This document shows positions 9,780 through 19,999 of a stretch of 20,000 nt of DNA, piece by piece. A model generated the notes under the pieces. It was not told the DNA's origin. It did no database searches and worked only from the letters and a program-made list of their open reading frames with translations. Source of the stretch: Ancylonema sp. (Eukaryota); contig JBFLGF010000053.1 in the NCBI GenBank assembly GCA_050230475.1, forward strand, positions 44,305 to 64,304, written 5' to 3'. Every line of letters begins with the position of its first letter. The stretch's first letter is position 1. Position numbers and translations under genes: made by a program.

Positions 9780-10350
9780 TTAGGGGGGACGGAGGGTGCC
9801 AATGTGGAGGGGGGTAGGGGTGGCATGTGGGGGGGAGAACGGTATCGTAATACAGTGGGTAATGGGGTAGGAAGGGGAGAGGGGAGATGCTGGGAAGTGG
9901 GGGGAGGAGAGGTGGGGGGTCAAAGAGGGGAGGCGGGGGATGAGGGGGGTGGAGTAGGGGATGAGGGGGGTGTAGAAGGGGGTGACTAAAGAGAGGATGG
10001 TTCTATGCAGAAAAGTATTGTAAACTAGTGGGTTATGGGGTAAGAAGGGGAGAGGGGGGAGGGTGGGGAGTGGAGGGAGAAGAGGTGGGGGGTGAGGGAG
10101 GGGGGGTGGGGGGTCAAGGAGGGGAGATGGGGGATGAGGAGGGTGGAGTAGGGGATGAGGGGGGTGTAGAAGGGGGTGACTAAAGAGAGGATGGTTTCAG
10201 GATTGTAGACGGGAATTAAAATAGTCAAAATATGTGGGGGATGAGGGAGGGGAGGTGGGGGATGAAGGGGGTGGAGATGGGGGCTGAGTAAAGAGAGGAC
10301 GGTTTCAGGATGTAGACGGGAAATAATGTAAGCGAAGTATGTGGGGGGAT
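9780..10350 (+). repeat. G-rich low-complexity minisatellite inside the Harbinger element
   Basis: Dense G3-G7 runs with almost no C. An identical 52-bp block GGAGTAGGGGATGAGGGGGGTGTAGAAGGGGGTGACTAAAGAGAGGATGGTT occurs at 9951-10002 and 10145-10196 (period 194), with a third partial unit near 10260-10350. Confidence 0.85.
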
Positions 10351-11173
10351 TTTGTTTTGGTGACGCTAATCGGAATAGTAATATTTGGTGTGTGCGAATC
10401 GTTCCATTTTAGTCATGTGTAGGTCAGGTGATGGATGACGCCCAATCTACTCTTTACTCTTTACTGTTTTCGAGAAGTAGGAGATGTACTGTATTTTGAA
10501 TTGTTTCAGGCCTTGGTGCGCACAATTTGTTGAACATGAATAAATTATCTCACTTAACATGCAGCACTCAACACAAAACTCTTCAAAATGATTGGGAAGT
10601 TACGATAATATCTGGACGATAGATGTGTATAAATTTGAGAAGTTGTTGCTCGTTTGCTTAGGATCTCTCAAAATGTGTAAATGACTTGATGCTCATGTAA
10701 CATACAACCAATGTCATACTACATGTGGTGGTTTTTTATGAGTAGTAGAAGTAGTGACCATGTCATAAAGATTGTATTTACATTGTTTCTCAACACATAC
10801 AACGCGTACGCGTGGCAACAAAACGATTTCACCAGATGTGAACACCAATGAAGTGCACAATGTATTGTATTGAACAAGAGTAAAAAATTGCTACCCAACA
10901 CACGACGATAACATCGGAACAATTTCGTCCTTGATAAAACTAACTACAAATGACTATAAATAGTGCACATGGGTCGAAGTATCGCTTATGGATCCTCGTA
11001 CAGTCCTGCAAGAAATGCACACAGAAATTGCGTTCAGTCCATAGCTTTGGCGTATGGCTAAAAGATGATTGCATTTCAATTCACAACGAATAACAACAAT
11101 GGTATCACATCGGAATAGGAAGGTAGTGCATTACATAAAAGATGAAGCTGCTCTCCACCCAAAGCACTTCGCG

Positions 11174-12834
11174 TCAGTCACTTGCTGGCCGCGTGGCCAA
11201 CCACTGCCACACGTGCTTCACCAACGCATTCTTCAACGTACGACTGTTGGCTGCGCACTCAGTGTGAGCCAAGCCTTCCAAGAGGTCCAACCACGTGAAT
11301 TTCCATGTGCCCGGTACAGGCACTGTGCCTTCAGCCTCCTCGGGCATTGCCTGCCAAGAGAAGGGTATTTCGCCGTGTGCCTCCGGTGACACTCGAGGTT
11401 GTGGCATGGAGAACCCGTCCTGCAATCCTCCCTCATAAAACAAAGAGTTAAGGACAAGTCCCCACAAATGTAATGTAACGTCATACCGTCATTAACATTA
11501 TGAAATCTTAGTTTATTTTAAAATTCAGATATAACGCCAACACTCACGTGTGGAACAGCTGGCTGACCACCGCCCACGGACTCCACACCTTGACTCACAG
11601 TCACCACGGGAGGCCTGGGAACTTGTTCAGGTGGATTCTTCCTAAAGTCTTCGGCCGCTTCTCCAGCTCGCTGCAGGTCCCTGATGGAGAGGTTGTGCAA
11701 GATTGCACACGTCTGCCAAATGGCACAGATATGCGCGACATCCCATTGCAATGCTGGCTTCTGAAGGATACCAAACTTCACTAGCATCCGCCCAAAAGCT
11801 ATCTCAATGTCCTTTCTACAGGTCTCCTGGCAGGCAGCAAAAGCCTTCTCATCCTCCGTCACCGGTATCGGTATGGTTTTCAGGAAGTACGAAAAGAAGG
11901 GACAAATACCATCAGCTAAAAAATATAGACCCTCAAACTCCTCCCCATTTACAACATACTTCCACTTTCTAGCTAGACTCCGCAAGTATTTGTTCTTTAT
12001 GCTCGACCTCTGTAAAACATTCAAGTCATTACAGGAGCCAGGCACACCACAAAACACATGCCACAAATACATGTCGTGTCCCGCTATCGCTTCCATGATG
12101 ACTGAACGCTTGTGATGCCTATCTTGAAACATGCCCTGCCAACGTACAGGACAATTCTTCCAATTCTAATGAACACAATCTATGGACCCTAACATCTTAG
12201 GGAATCCTCGGGCAGTATTGATCTCTACTTCCTTTTTCATTTCCTCCTCTGTCCACTCTCCCATAATGACACAGCCATAGAAAACGGAGCACCACTTCAC
12301 GAACTGATCAAAACACTTTGCGGCCGTTGTTGCCGAGATGTCCGCGAGCTCGACAAGATGGTTAGCTGGAACTCCATAACATATCATTCGGAGAGCGGCG
12401 AACAATTTCTGAAGCCCTGTCAGACCCAATGTCCCTGTCGCGTCTCGTTTTTGCTTGAAATACTCGCACCCTCTAGTCGGATGTTGAGTGTCCAGATATA
12501 TCTTCTCTATGAGACGACGACTATGTCTCCACCTACGTCGGAAGAGACGCTCCGGTATTTTAGGCTCCACAGCTTCCGTCACAGTACCGTTCTCGTCCAC
12601 AAACCTTGCCTTCCCGAAGTACTTCTTCATTATGGCCTCATGCCCGGCCGCATGATCCACTTCGCCTTTGGGCCCTCGACCGCTACAAGATTTCCTTCGT
12701 AACTCTGCTTCCATCGCCTCCTCGAAAGCCTGAATCTCATTCTGCAGATGGTTCCGTTCCCGCTGCAATTCTGGGTCCATGGTGTCATTGAAAATGGCTT
12801 CCTGCACCAGCTCATCGAGCTCGGAGTCATCCAT
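11174..12834 (-). pseudogene. PIF/Harbinger DDE transposase (HARBI1-like / plant transposon protein), exons 12834-11548 and 11419-11174, one premature stop at 12166-12168
   Basis: Motifs FRRRWR.SR, KRDATG.LGL..LQK..AALRMI.YG, RGFPKMLGSIDCVH*NWKNCPVRWQG (W>stop), WHVFCG.PGSCNDLNVL, YFLADGI.P, QE.CRKDIE.AFG, C.ILHN. A phase-0 intron (CAC|GTGAGT ... TTGCAG|GAC) links to a last exon ending SRTLKNALVKHVWQW, the typical C-terminal helix of this family. Confidence 0.92.
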
Positions 12835-13250
12835 GGCACGATTGACATATTTTTCGCTACATCGCGTCTACTGCGGTACGAAATGCGCATACATACTCGT
12901 AGAATTCAGCAGCATGCAGTGAAATTGAGAGGCAAATCAGGAAGTCCGGAGGGCACTCAGGTGGTTTTGGAGGGGGTAAAAGGCGGGGGGATGAAAATTT
13001 GGGCGACGTGGACCCAATTACAAAAGTTGCGGCTGGCATGGGCTCAACAGGGTTGGGACGGGCTCCTCTTAATCGGATCATAGGGTTCGACGTTTTCGCG
13101 GCCAGCGGCTTGCCTCTCAAGGGCCTGAATGTTACGTCAAAAGTGGTCGGGTAACCTACTTATATGACGTCAAGTCAGGGGCAAGGGGCAGCGTCCACCC
13201 AAAAATATCATGTTTAAATAAAGGGCTTACCTAGGTCGACGTTTAAATCA

Positions 13251-14999
13251 ATAAATTCCCGCCCGACGTCGGGCGGGAGTTTAAATAATAACCTCTCTAT
13301 TGTTTTATGTAATTATTGTTATCGCCCAAACCTTCCAAAAAAATAGTGTGCGGATCCGAGAGTGATTCTCTACATATCCGTACACATCCGTACTAAGAAG
13401 TTGGCCAACTTCTGGTTGGAGCGAGTATTTGGTTGTCGAACTCTACCACATATGGCAAAATAAATGACGTGACCAAGCACGACGACGACGCGTGAAGAAT
13501 TTGAGGAGATGTGCAACCTAGGGGTCTAGCCAATTCGTCCTATTGTCATCGTAGACCCCCAAATACAAACGTCGTGCGTCACTACAACGGTCTTTGTACT
13601 TAGCGGATTAACCAAAACGTTGACTTCACGAAATTTTGGTTGTGGAAGTGCGATGACATATTTTCGAATGGTATGCCAGCAATGCTTTATAAAATATATT
13701 TATACATATATTTATTGCTTATCACGCCATGGATTGACACATGTCATTTACCATATTCCAAAATCTAGAAATGCACGCATCGTCCTAGGCTATGTCTGTT
13801 CCCTTCTAGAGGGTGTGCGTTCTCAACGTTTTGACACAATTACTACCAAACGTGGGCAAAGCGTGCCCGCCCGTCTAGAGTGTAGAATCTCGGTATCCTG
13901 AAGTTTTGGAAGTGTGGTAGCGTGACCCACTTAACCATTTTTTTCGGCGTATTGGAGCATCTTCAAGGCATTGACTTGACAACTGATGCGGGAATATGCC
14001 ATGATATTTTGTATAAATAACAAATCAATAACCGTGATATACGTGGCGAGACACTTGTTAGATAATTGTTTTTTTTTTTTTTTTTTTCAAAACAAACAAC
14101 TTGGTAAACAAAGACAACTTCATGTCAAGTGCGGAGTAGTCTACTAAAAAAATGTCACAATGATAGTTTATTCGGTATATATGGGCGTGTGATTTATACT
14201 GCCAAAAGTTTATTCTTTTACAATATTGGCACTTTGAAATTCAAAAATCAAAACCCCTTGTGCTTGAAAATAACGTTCTTTAACAAGGCGATTCGGCGAG
14301 GAAATTTCGGTGCCAAATGCCTTGACAGAGGGTTTTTCTAAATTGAAGGAGCCTATGCAGAGGATTCCAATGCACATCTCATAGTAGTACCCGGATGTGC
14401 GGACGCGTCCGTTAGCGGACGTGTTTCGGACGCGTCCGCAAGTTCCCAACGGACTTTTAGGTACCGGGACACTTTTAAGAGGTTTTAGATTTTGAACCTC
14501 ACCCCCACAATCCTACGACGTGAAACATGCCAATATCGAGGTCAGAATCCGTTAAAACGTGTTTTAAAGCTTCCATTTGGGTTGCACGACAATAGTTTGT
14601 CGTGTAGCCAGCTCCAATAACCTGGGAGATGCTAGAGACCCAAGAACGTAGTTTTATGACATTTAATTCGACGTGGCGGGCACTCGTACTACCCCCTAAA
14701 ATATTTCCCGGTCGCAATTTTGTCGCGTAATGACTGCAATTGCAACTTCCCACAATCTGGGAGACGCATATAACTGTACGGTCGTGTAAAAACCTGTATA
14801 AACATGTACGGATCTGTATGGCTTTGTATGGATTCCGTACATTATTCCTTCACACGTTCGTGGGCCGGGAAAACATATTCCTTTAGAGAGTTATGCAGGT
14901 TTTGGAATAATTACACTCGCCCAACATCGGGACCGGGATTTTTTATTCCATTAGAGAGGTTATTCCTTTAGACAGTATTCTTTTAGTCAGGTTTTACTG
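13251..14999. mobile_element. pogo-like (Lemi1/Emigrant-type) non-autonomous element; right TIR intact, left TIR missing
   Basis: The right end GGTTTTACTG|TA (14990-14999, TA 15000-15001) is the reverse complement of TA|CAGTAAAACC, preceded by repeated TATTCC(T/A)TTAGAGAG motifs. Its subterminal sequence is inversely similar to 13251-13299 (ATAAATTCCCGCCCGACGTCGGGCGGGAG...ATAACCTCTCTA vs TAGAGAGGTTAT at 14952-14963). CCGTAC motifs at 13378-13393 mirror GTACGG motifs at 14776-14811. Confidence 0.7.
14380..14470. repeat. CGGACGCGTCCG palindrome cluster, possible end of a nested hAT-like element
   Basis: TGCGGACGCGTCCG (14398-14411) and CGGACGCGTCCGCA (14427-14440) are perfect inverted copies, with further CGGAC motifs nearby. 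Preceded by CATAGTAGTAC at 14380. Confidence 0.5.
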
Positions 15000-15659
15000 T
15001 ATGTTACAGAGTTCACAAATTTTGAAGAACATCAATGGGTAGGGTTTCCTCTTGGAAGTGTGAAGCTCGTCACGAATACGACATGTGTCTTCTTATGTCA
15101 TCAACATAGTAGGAGTTTCTTGATGTTGTCGAGTTATCTCCTTTAACGCATGCCCGCTGGATCGTAGATCGGCAAAGTGCAAAATGGATCAAATTGTAAA
15201 ATATTTCTTCAATGTGACTTGAATTCACACCTTATTCTAATTTGAGAACGATGTTTGAGATAAAAAAGGAAGGGGTTGTCTCAATCCACATTGCATTCCC
15301 TCTCTTTAGTCTAAGCGTGTGCGAATAAACACAATAAGTCAGCCTCCACAAGCGCTCGCTCTACACGACAACCGTCATCCAAACGCAATTCCTTCCATCG
15401 CATGTCATCTTTGAACCTTCTGCAAGTGACAGTGAGTCACATTTATGATTGGCAGGAACTGTATAGCCCCCCCTCCATAGTACCCACCGCACCGCACCCT
15501 AACACAAACCCATTGAGCTACTCGTCTACCTTGAGAAACCTACTCGTCCCTCTATCCACACATTTGCATATTGTTGGTATCAATATCTCCAAACGGTCGT
15601 TTCTCGCATTCTTGATAGCCCCTAGTGGTCCAATCAAAAAGCGTACAAAAAGCACCGAG

Positions 15660-15889
15660 TAAAGAAGCACCCAATGAAAACAAAATAACCGAGTAGTACA
15701 AGTACCGCATACAACAAGTACTCTGTAGTAAGCCTCTCCTCTCGACCACTCCCCGAAATTCAGCGCGATGTATTAAAGAAGCACCAAAGACGACACAAGA
15801 AAACTGGAACCGAGTGCAACAAGTACTCCCCAGTACTCTCTAGTACGCCTCCTGCTCTCTACCACTCCCCGAAGTTGAGCGCGATGTAC
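15660..15889. repeat. Diverged tandem duplication (~114-bp unit) covering the last codons, stop and proximal 3' UTR of the GT23-like gene
   Basis: Both units start TAAAGAAGCACC (15660, 15774), share CAACAAGTACTC, and end CTCTC(G/T)ACCACTCCCCGAA(A/G)TT(C/G)AGCGCGATGTA. Confidence 0.85.
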
Positions 15890-16134
15890 CCCGAGTTCAC
15901 CCGCCCGTTGGTGTTCCGCAGCTCGTTGATGAGTCGGTTCCAGTGCGACTTCAGGATGCCCACAAAGTAGTCGCTCTGGGCGGAGATCTGGAGGTTCACC
16001 AGACTCGTCTCCAGGAGGTATTTGTGACCCACCTCCGTTTCGTAGTCGGCCATCGTTTTGTGGGTCGTCACCCTCTTCCCCACCGTGTAGAGCACGCGCC
16101 AGTCCGGGTACTCTTTCAGCTCGTTGATAACCGG
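15859..16134 (-). CDS. Terminal exon of an alpha-1,6-fucosyltransferase-like (GT23/FUT8-NodZ-related) protein; upstream exons not visible
   Basis: CTGAC branch point, pyrimidine tract and CCGCAG acceptor at 16135, then PVINELKEYPDWRVLYTVGKRVTTHKTMADYETEVGHKYLLETSLVNLQISAQSDYFVGILKSHWNRLINELRNTNGRVNSGYIALNFGEW*. The LVN....SDYFVG.L.S.W.RLI.ELR motif and the MA.YE...G and R.T.G.V.SGY motifs match the recalled C-terminus of plant FUT8-like proteins. Confidence 0.8.
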   Translation of the reverse strand, partial: PVINELKEYPDWRVLYTVGKRVTTHKTMADYETEVGHKYLLETSLVNLQISAQSDYFVGILKSHWNRLINELRNTNGRVNSGYIALNFGEW

Positions 16135-16184
16135 CTGCGGGTACGTACGGACGGAGGGACGTGTACGGGTCAGAGGGAGAGGTT

Positions 16185-16185
16185 N
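16185..16185. other. Single N, probable scaffold/contig join
   Basis: The only ambiguous base in the window. Composition changes abruptly from GC-rich intron to AT-rich sequence across it. Confidence 0.75.
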
Positions 16186-16346
16186 AGAGTTTTACAAAAA
16201 GTTGTTGGATTTTTCGGAGTACTGATTCAAACTTCACACAAAATCATGAAATCGCTATATCGAATCTGGTTGCTTATAACAAGATATTTTACTAGAGAGG
16301 TTTGGATATTGTTACAAAGGGGTTTTACCCTTAACGATCTCTAACG

Positions 16347-18741
16347 TCATGGCAGGTAGACCCGCCACTTGCGGAAGGCAACCACTATCGCCAGCAACTC
16401 CTTGTCGTAGATAGGGTAGTTCAACTCTACATCGCAAAACTTCCACGAGTAGTAGGCGAGGGGGTGGAGCTCGCCTGCCTCGACAGTATGGGAGAGGACA
16501 CAGCCCACACCGAAGTCTGAAGCATCTCCTTCAATGGTAAGGGGGAGGGATGGGTGGACGTGGCGCAAGACAGGCGTTGTGGTGAAGGCGGCCTTCAGTG
16601 CCTGGAAGGAGGCCTCAACTGCAGGCGTTCACTCAAACTTGGCCCCCTTGCGGATCAGGGAGGTAAGGGGGCAAGCCACTGTAGAGTAGCTAGCGATGAA
16701 CTTCCGGTAGAAGTTAGCAAAGCCTAAGAAGAACAGCACCTCCTTGACTGACTCGGGAGTTGGCCAGTCAAGGAGTGATGCCACTTTCTCGGGGTCCATC
16801 TCCACGCCTGGAGGGGAGATCCGGTAGCCTAGGAAGCTGATGGTGTCCACATGGAACCCGTATTTCTCGATTTTCGCATAGAGTTTGTGCTTCCGTAGGA
16901 ATGCCAAGACTGCACGGACGTGGGGGACGTGCTCCTCGGGGGTGTCTGAGTAGATTATCATGTCGTTGAGCATGCCTGCTAGGAAGAATGCATCCCTACT
17001 CCCTATACACGTCTCTGATAAAGGAAGGAAAGGCTGCGGGGGCATTGGTCGGCCCGAAAGGGCAAACCTAGTACTCGAAATGCCCATAGCGATAGCGAAA
17101 CGCGGTCTTGTATTCATCCCCCTCCTTGACCCGCAACTGGTGATAGGCATTGCGCAAGTCGATTTTGGTGAAGACCTTGGCGCTATGCAGGCGATCTAGC
17201 AGCTCAGGTATGAGGGGCAAAGGGCAGCGGTTTTTTATAGTCACTGCATTGAGCTTCCTGTAGTCCACGCATAACCGGAGCTTCCCATCCGGCTTCTTAA
17301 TGAACCTTACAAGAGCCCCACCCGGGCTGGTAGACGGCCGGATGAAGCCGTTTGCCAAGTTGTCTTTTATGTAAGCCTTGAGGGCAGCCAGCTCCGGCTG
17401 TGACAAGAATTAGATCGGGCCCCAGGGGGGTTCCTTGCCAAGCATGAGTTGGATCTGCAGGTCGTAGGGTCTGTGGGGGGGGAGGGTATTGGTATTGCAA
17501 GCTCGGAGAACACGTCTGCAATGTCGTGATACTCCGGGGGGAGCTTGGATAACAGGGCAGGGTTTGGGGGGGTATGCACAGCGGCTAAAACTGCAGGTTT
17601 TGGCTGGGGATCGGGAGGGGGAGGGGGTGGGGGGGGGGGGGGGAACTGGAGTGGATGCACTAGGCAGCACACTCGGAACTAGTGAAAGACAGGGTGCTTG
17701 TCTGGCAGTCTATAGGGGGGTTGTACTTGTGCACCCAGGGGAAGCCAAAGACGACCGGGCAGTGGGCCAGGCGGGTGACATCCAAGGTAATGGTTTTTGT
17801 ATGGTTTTCTGGGGATCTGCTATAGGCTGGGAAATAACAAGTGATCGGACTCGCAGCCGGAGGGCTGCCATCTTTGAGTTCGACATATTTATATGTTCAG
17901 AGTGGGGGTGGGGGTTGGTTAGGAGGTTGTTGTCTGCCAGAATCTGAGGGTCGATGAAGTTTCCTGACGCCCCGGAGTCGTTCAACTCCTTGACACGTAT
18001 GGGGGGACGGGGATATCGGAGTAATGGCAGGTGAGCAAGAGCTGGCGGGGTTGGAGGAAGGGGGAGGGTAGGGAAAGGGGACCCGCAAAGCCCCCTCCTA
18101 GGACTGTGTGGGGGGTTCATTTTTTAGCTCCGCAGGCTGCAGGTCTAGGAAGCGCCCGGTGCGAGCCTTGCCTTTATTGGGACAGGTCCGTGTGACGTGA
18201 GCCGGCAGACCGCAGTAGTGGCATAGGTTACCGGCAACCTGGCGAGCCATCTCAGTTGGCTCCACTTTTAGGATCTAGCGGCGGGTTCCATCGATGTCCA
18301 TGGGGACAATTTGCAAGTGAGAGGGGATGTGCTGGGGAGACTAATCAGCAGCTCTGGCCTGGGGGGGGATGTATGCAGGTTTGGAGGGCCGATCCACACT
18401 GCTCGCAGCCATACCGTTCTCCGCCTTCTTGACAAAGGTAACGTACCCAGATAAGGCTGGAGGGGGGTCTTGCACCTTGAGGATCTCCCAACGAAGCTCA
18501 GGCTTGAGTTTCTCGAAAAAGGTGTAGATACAAGGGTGGCCAAGCCAGTGGGGAAAGGTCTACAATGGCTCTGAACTGGACGGTGATGCCTGACACTAAG
18601 CTAGTTTGTCCGAGCTCGCGCAGATGTCGTTCTTTGATGAGGCGAGTATCCCCCTCCCCAAAGCAGTCCTGAAGGTCCTTCAGCAGCCTGGTACCACCGA
18701 ACTCCTCTGGGAGGTCACCATTGTCGTCTAAGTAGTTAGAG
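16347..18741 (-). mobile_element. Decayed, truncated Ty3/Gypsy LTR retrotransposon (chromovirus-like): partial gag, protease, RT, partial RNase H
   Basis: Gag LLKDLQDCFGEGD...LRELGQTS.V (~18590-18700); zinc knuckle CHYCGLPAHVTRTC (18182-18223); protease LNDSGASGNFID. RT motifs [54 protein letters not shown] decayed to MLND, FLGY.IS, FLGFANFYRKFI. RNase H DASDFGVG.VLS...NYPIYDKELLAIV.AF.KWRVYL. Many frameshifts and stops; no integrase. Confidence 0.93.
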
Positions 18742-18920
18742 TGTTAGGACCCTCGCTACAGTCACTAGGGCTCCTTAGCGAGGTCCCCACACTTAGCGTT
18801 AGAGCGCTACTAGCTCAGTTTTCCCTATAGCGAGTTCTGTCAGCGCAAGTCGATCGGGGGTCTACCGAGGACCGAGGTCTACCGTTTCTTAACCCAGACA
18901 CTGGCAGAAACACCGTGACA
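18742..18920. repeat. Candidate short LTR (TG...CA) abutting mid-gag
   Basis: TGTTAGG at 18742 and CCGTGACA ending at 18920 are imperfect LTR-type termini, with a hairpin CCTCGCTA/TAGCGAGG near the left end. Gag similarity stops at 18741. There is no second copy and no TSD. Confidence 0.4.
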
Positions 18921-19118
18921 CAGACATGGACGAAGACACGAGTGGAGACTCTGCTTCGGTTCAAAAACGAGGATAACTGGTCGTAGCAACAGCGAATCGC
19001 TGCATATAGGAATGTCCCGATCACACGGTGTAGTCGACGTATGCATCACTGGCGGGTCAGCTGAACAGCAAGCACATTGCAGCAACACGAAACCAGCAAT
19101 GAGTGCACGGATTCGCAC

Positions 19119-19253
19119 CTGGAACAAACCCTCGCTCCTTGAATTCATCTCCGTGACTGGTCCCATCGTTGGACGGTGACTTGTCCCCAAGGCTCCGGAG
19201 ACGAGTGAAGTCAATGCGAATGCAGCAAAGGCGTACCGCACTGCGGTCGCCAT
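19119..19253 (-). CDS. Probable first exon of a secreted/membrane protein of unknown family
   Basis: AAAATGGCG start context; MATAVRYAFAAFALTSLVSGALG has signal-peptide n/h/c structure and is followed by TSHRPTMGPVTEMNSRSEGLFQ and a CAG|GTGCG donor (phase 0). No convincing next exon. Confidence 0.45.
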
Positions 19254-19819
19254 TTTACAAGAAAACACCCCGATGAAAGACTTGGCGTGTGCGAGTGTGC
19301 ATGCAAAGTGAAGAAATGTCTACAGACAATTTGTAGTCTACGTGCGGACTACCTGCACGACGATTCTGAGAGTCTGGAGACTGGAGGATACTCAAGAAAG
19401 CTGGATGGTCAGCGAAGGGAAAGTTGAGACCTTGAATTTGTCCGGCACTGCTGAATGTGTACGGTATTGTACGGCCGTGGTCATGCAAAAGTCGTGTTCT
19501 TTTCCCCGCGTACGTGTCGTTATAAACGAACGATTCGGAACTTAGGGCGAAACACGAGAGAAATCCGAAGGACGGGCACAACATCGCACCTCCGACTGCC
19601 CGCAATCTAATCCGGACAAATCGGAAACTAAACATTCGCTTACGTGGCAGATATATTGCTCAGATTATGTTGAGGCAGTAATGTAATTCATTTTGCCGCA
19701 CGATATATTTATCAAGAGCGAGCATATCTCTGAAGTATGCTCAATGATATGATGCTCTTGAGCATTCCTTCATGTCCCAAGATGTCCCCATCCCTCCTCA
19801 GAGTCCTCTCTTCTCCCAA

Positions 19820-19999
19820 CTATCTCATATGGCTCACCCCCTTCCCACCTTCCTTTGAGCTATGGCAAAACCCACGCCCTATCGCACAAAATGAGTTTAC
19901 TTCCCACCCCAAGAGGAGAGATAGCTCCTCCGCTGTCATCCTGGCCTCCTCGCTCTCCTTAGGGTGAAGTGGGCACACCCATCGATCCCTTGGTACCTC
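19820..19999 (-). other. C-terminal end of a reading frame entering from beyond the window, with a possible PHD-finger tail (probably retroelement pol)
   Basis: EVPRDRWVCPLHPKESEEARMTAEEL...*; VP...W.CP.H/C is the usual end of a PHD finger. Purine-rich sequence follows. Only about 12 informative residues. Confidence 0.3.

Larger units (their letters stand above)
9007..13197. mobile_element. PIF/Harbinger DNA transposon; left end intact, right terminus truncated
   Basis: The left end TTA|GGGCAAACCCTATGGACG has the canonical TWA target plus GGGC start. A perfect 22-bp inverted match links 9124-9145 (TGGACGCTGCCCCTTGCCCCTG) and 13176-13197, with weaker similarity extending inward. The element encloses a Harbinger-type transposase. 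Confidence 0.82.

Noticed and set aside
13780..14020. Possible decayed pogo transposase fragment (SRYPEVLEVW)
   Set aside because: Too short and interrupted to distinguish from chance; no DDD-domain motifs seen.
15773..16344. 154-aa (minus) and 133-aa (plus) ORFs overlapping the GT23-like exon
   Set aside because: Shadow frames of a high-GC3 exon, and both read through the N join.
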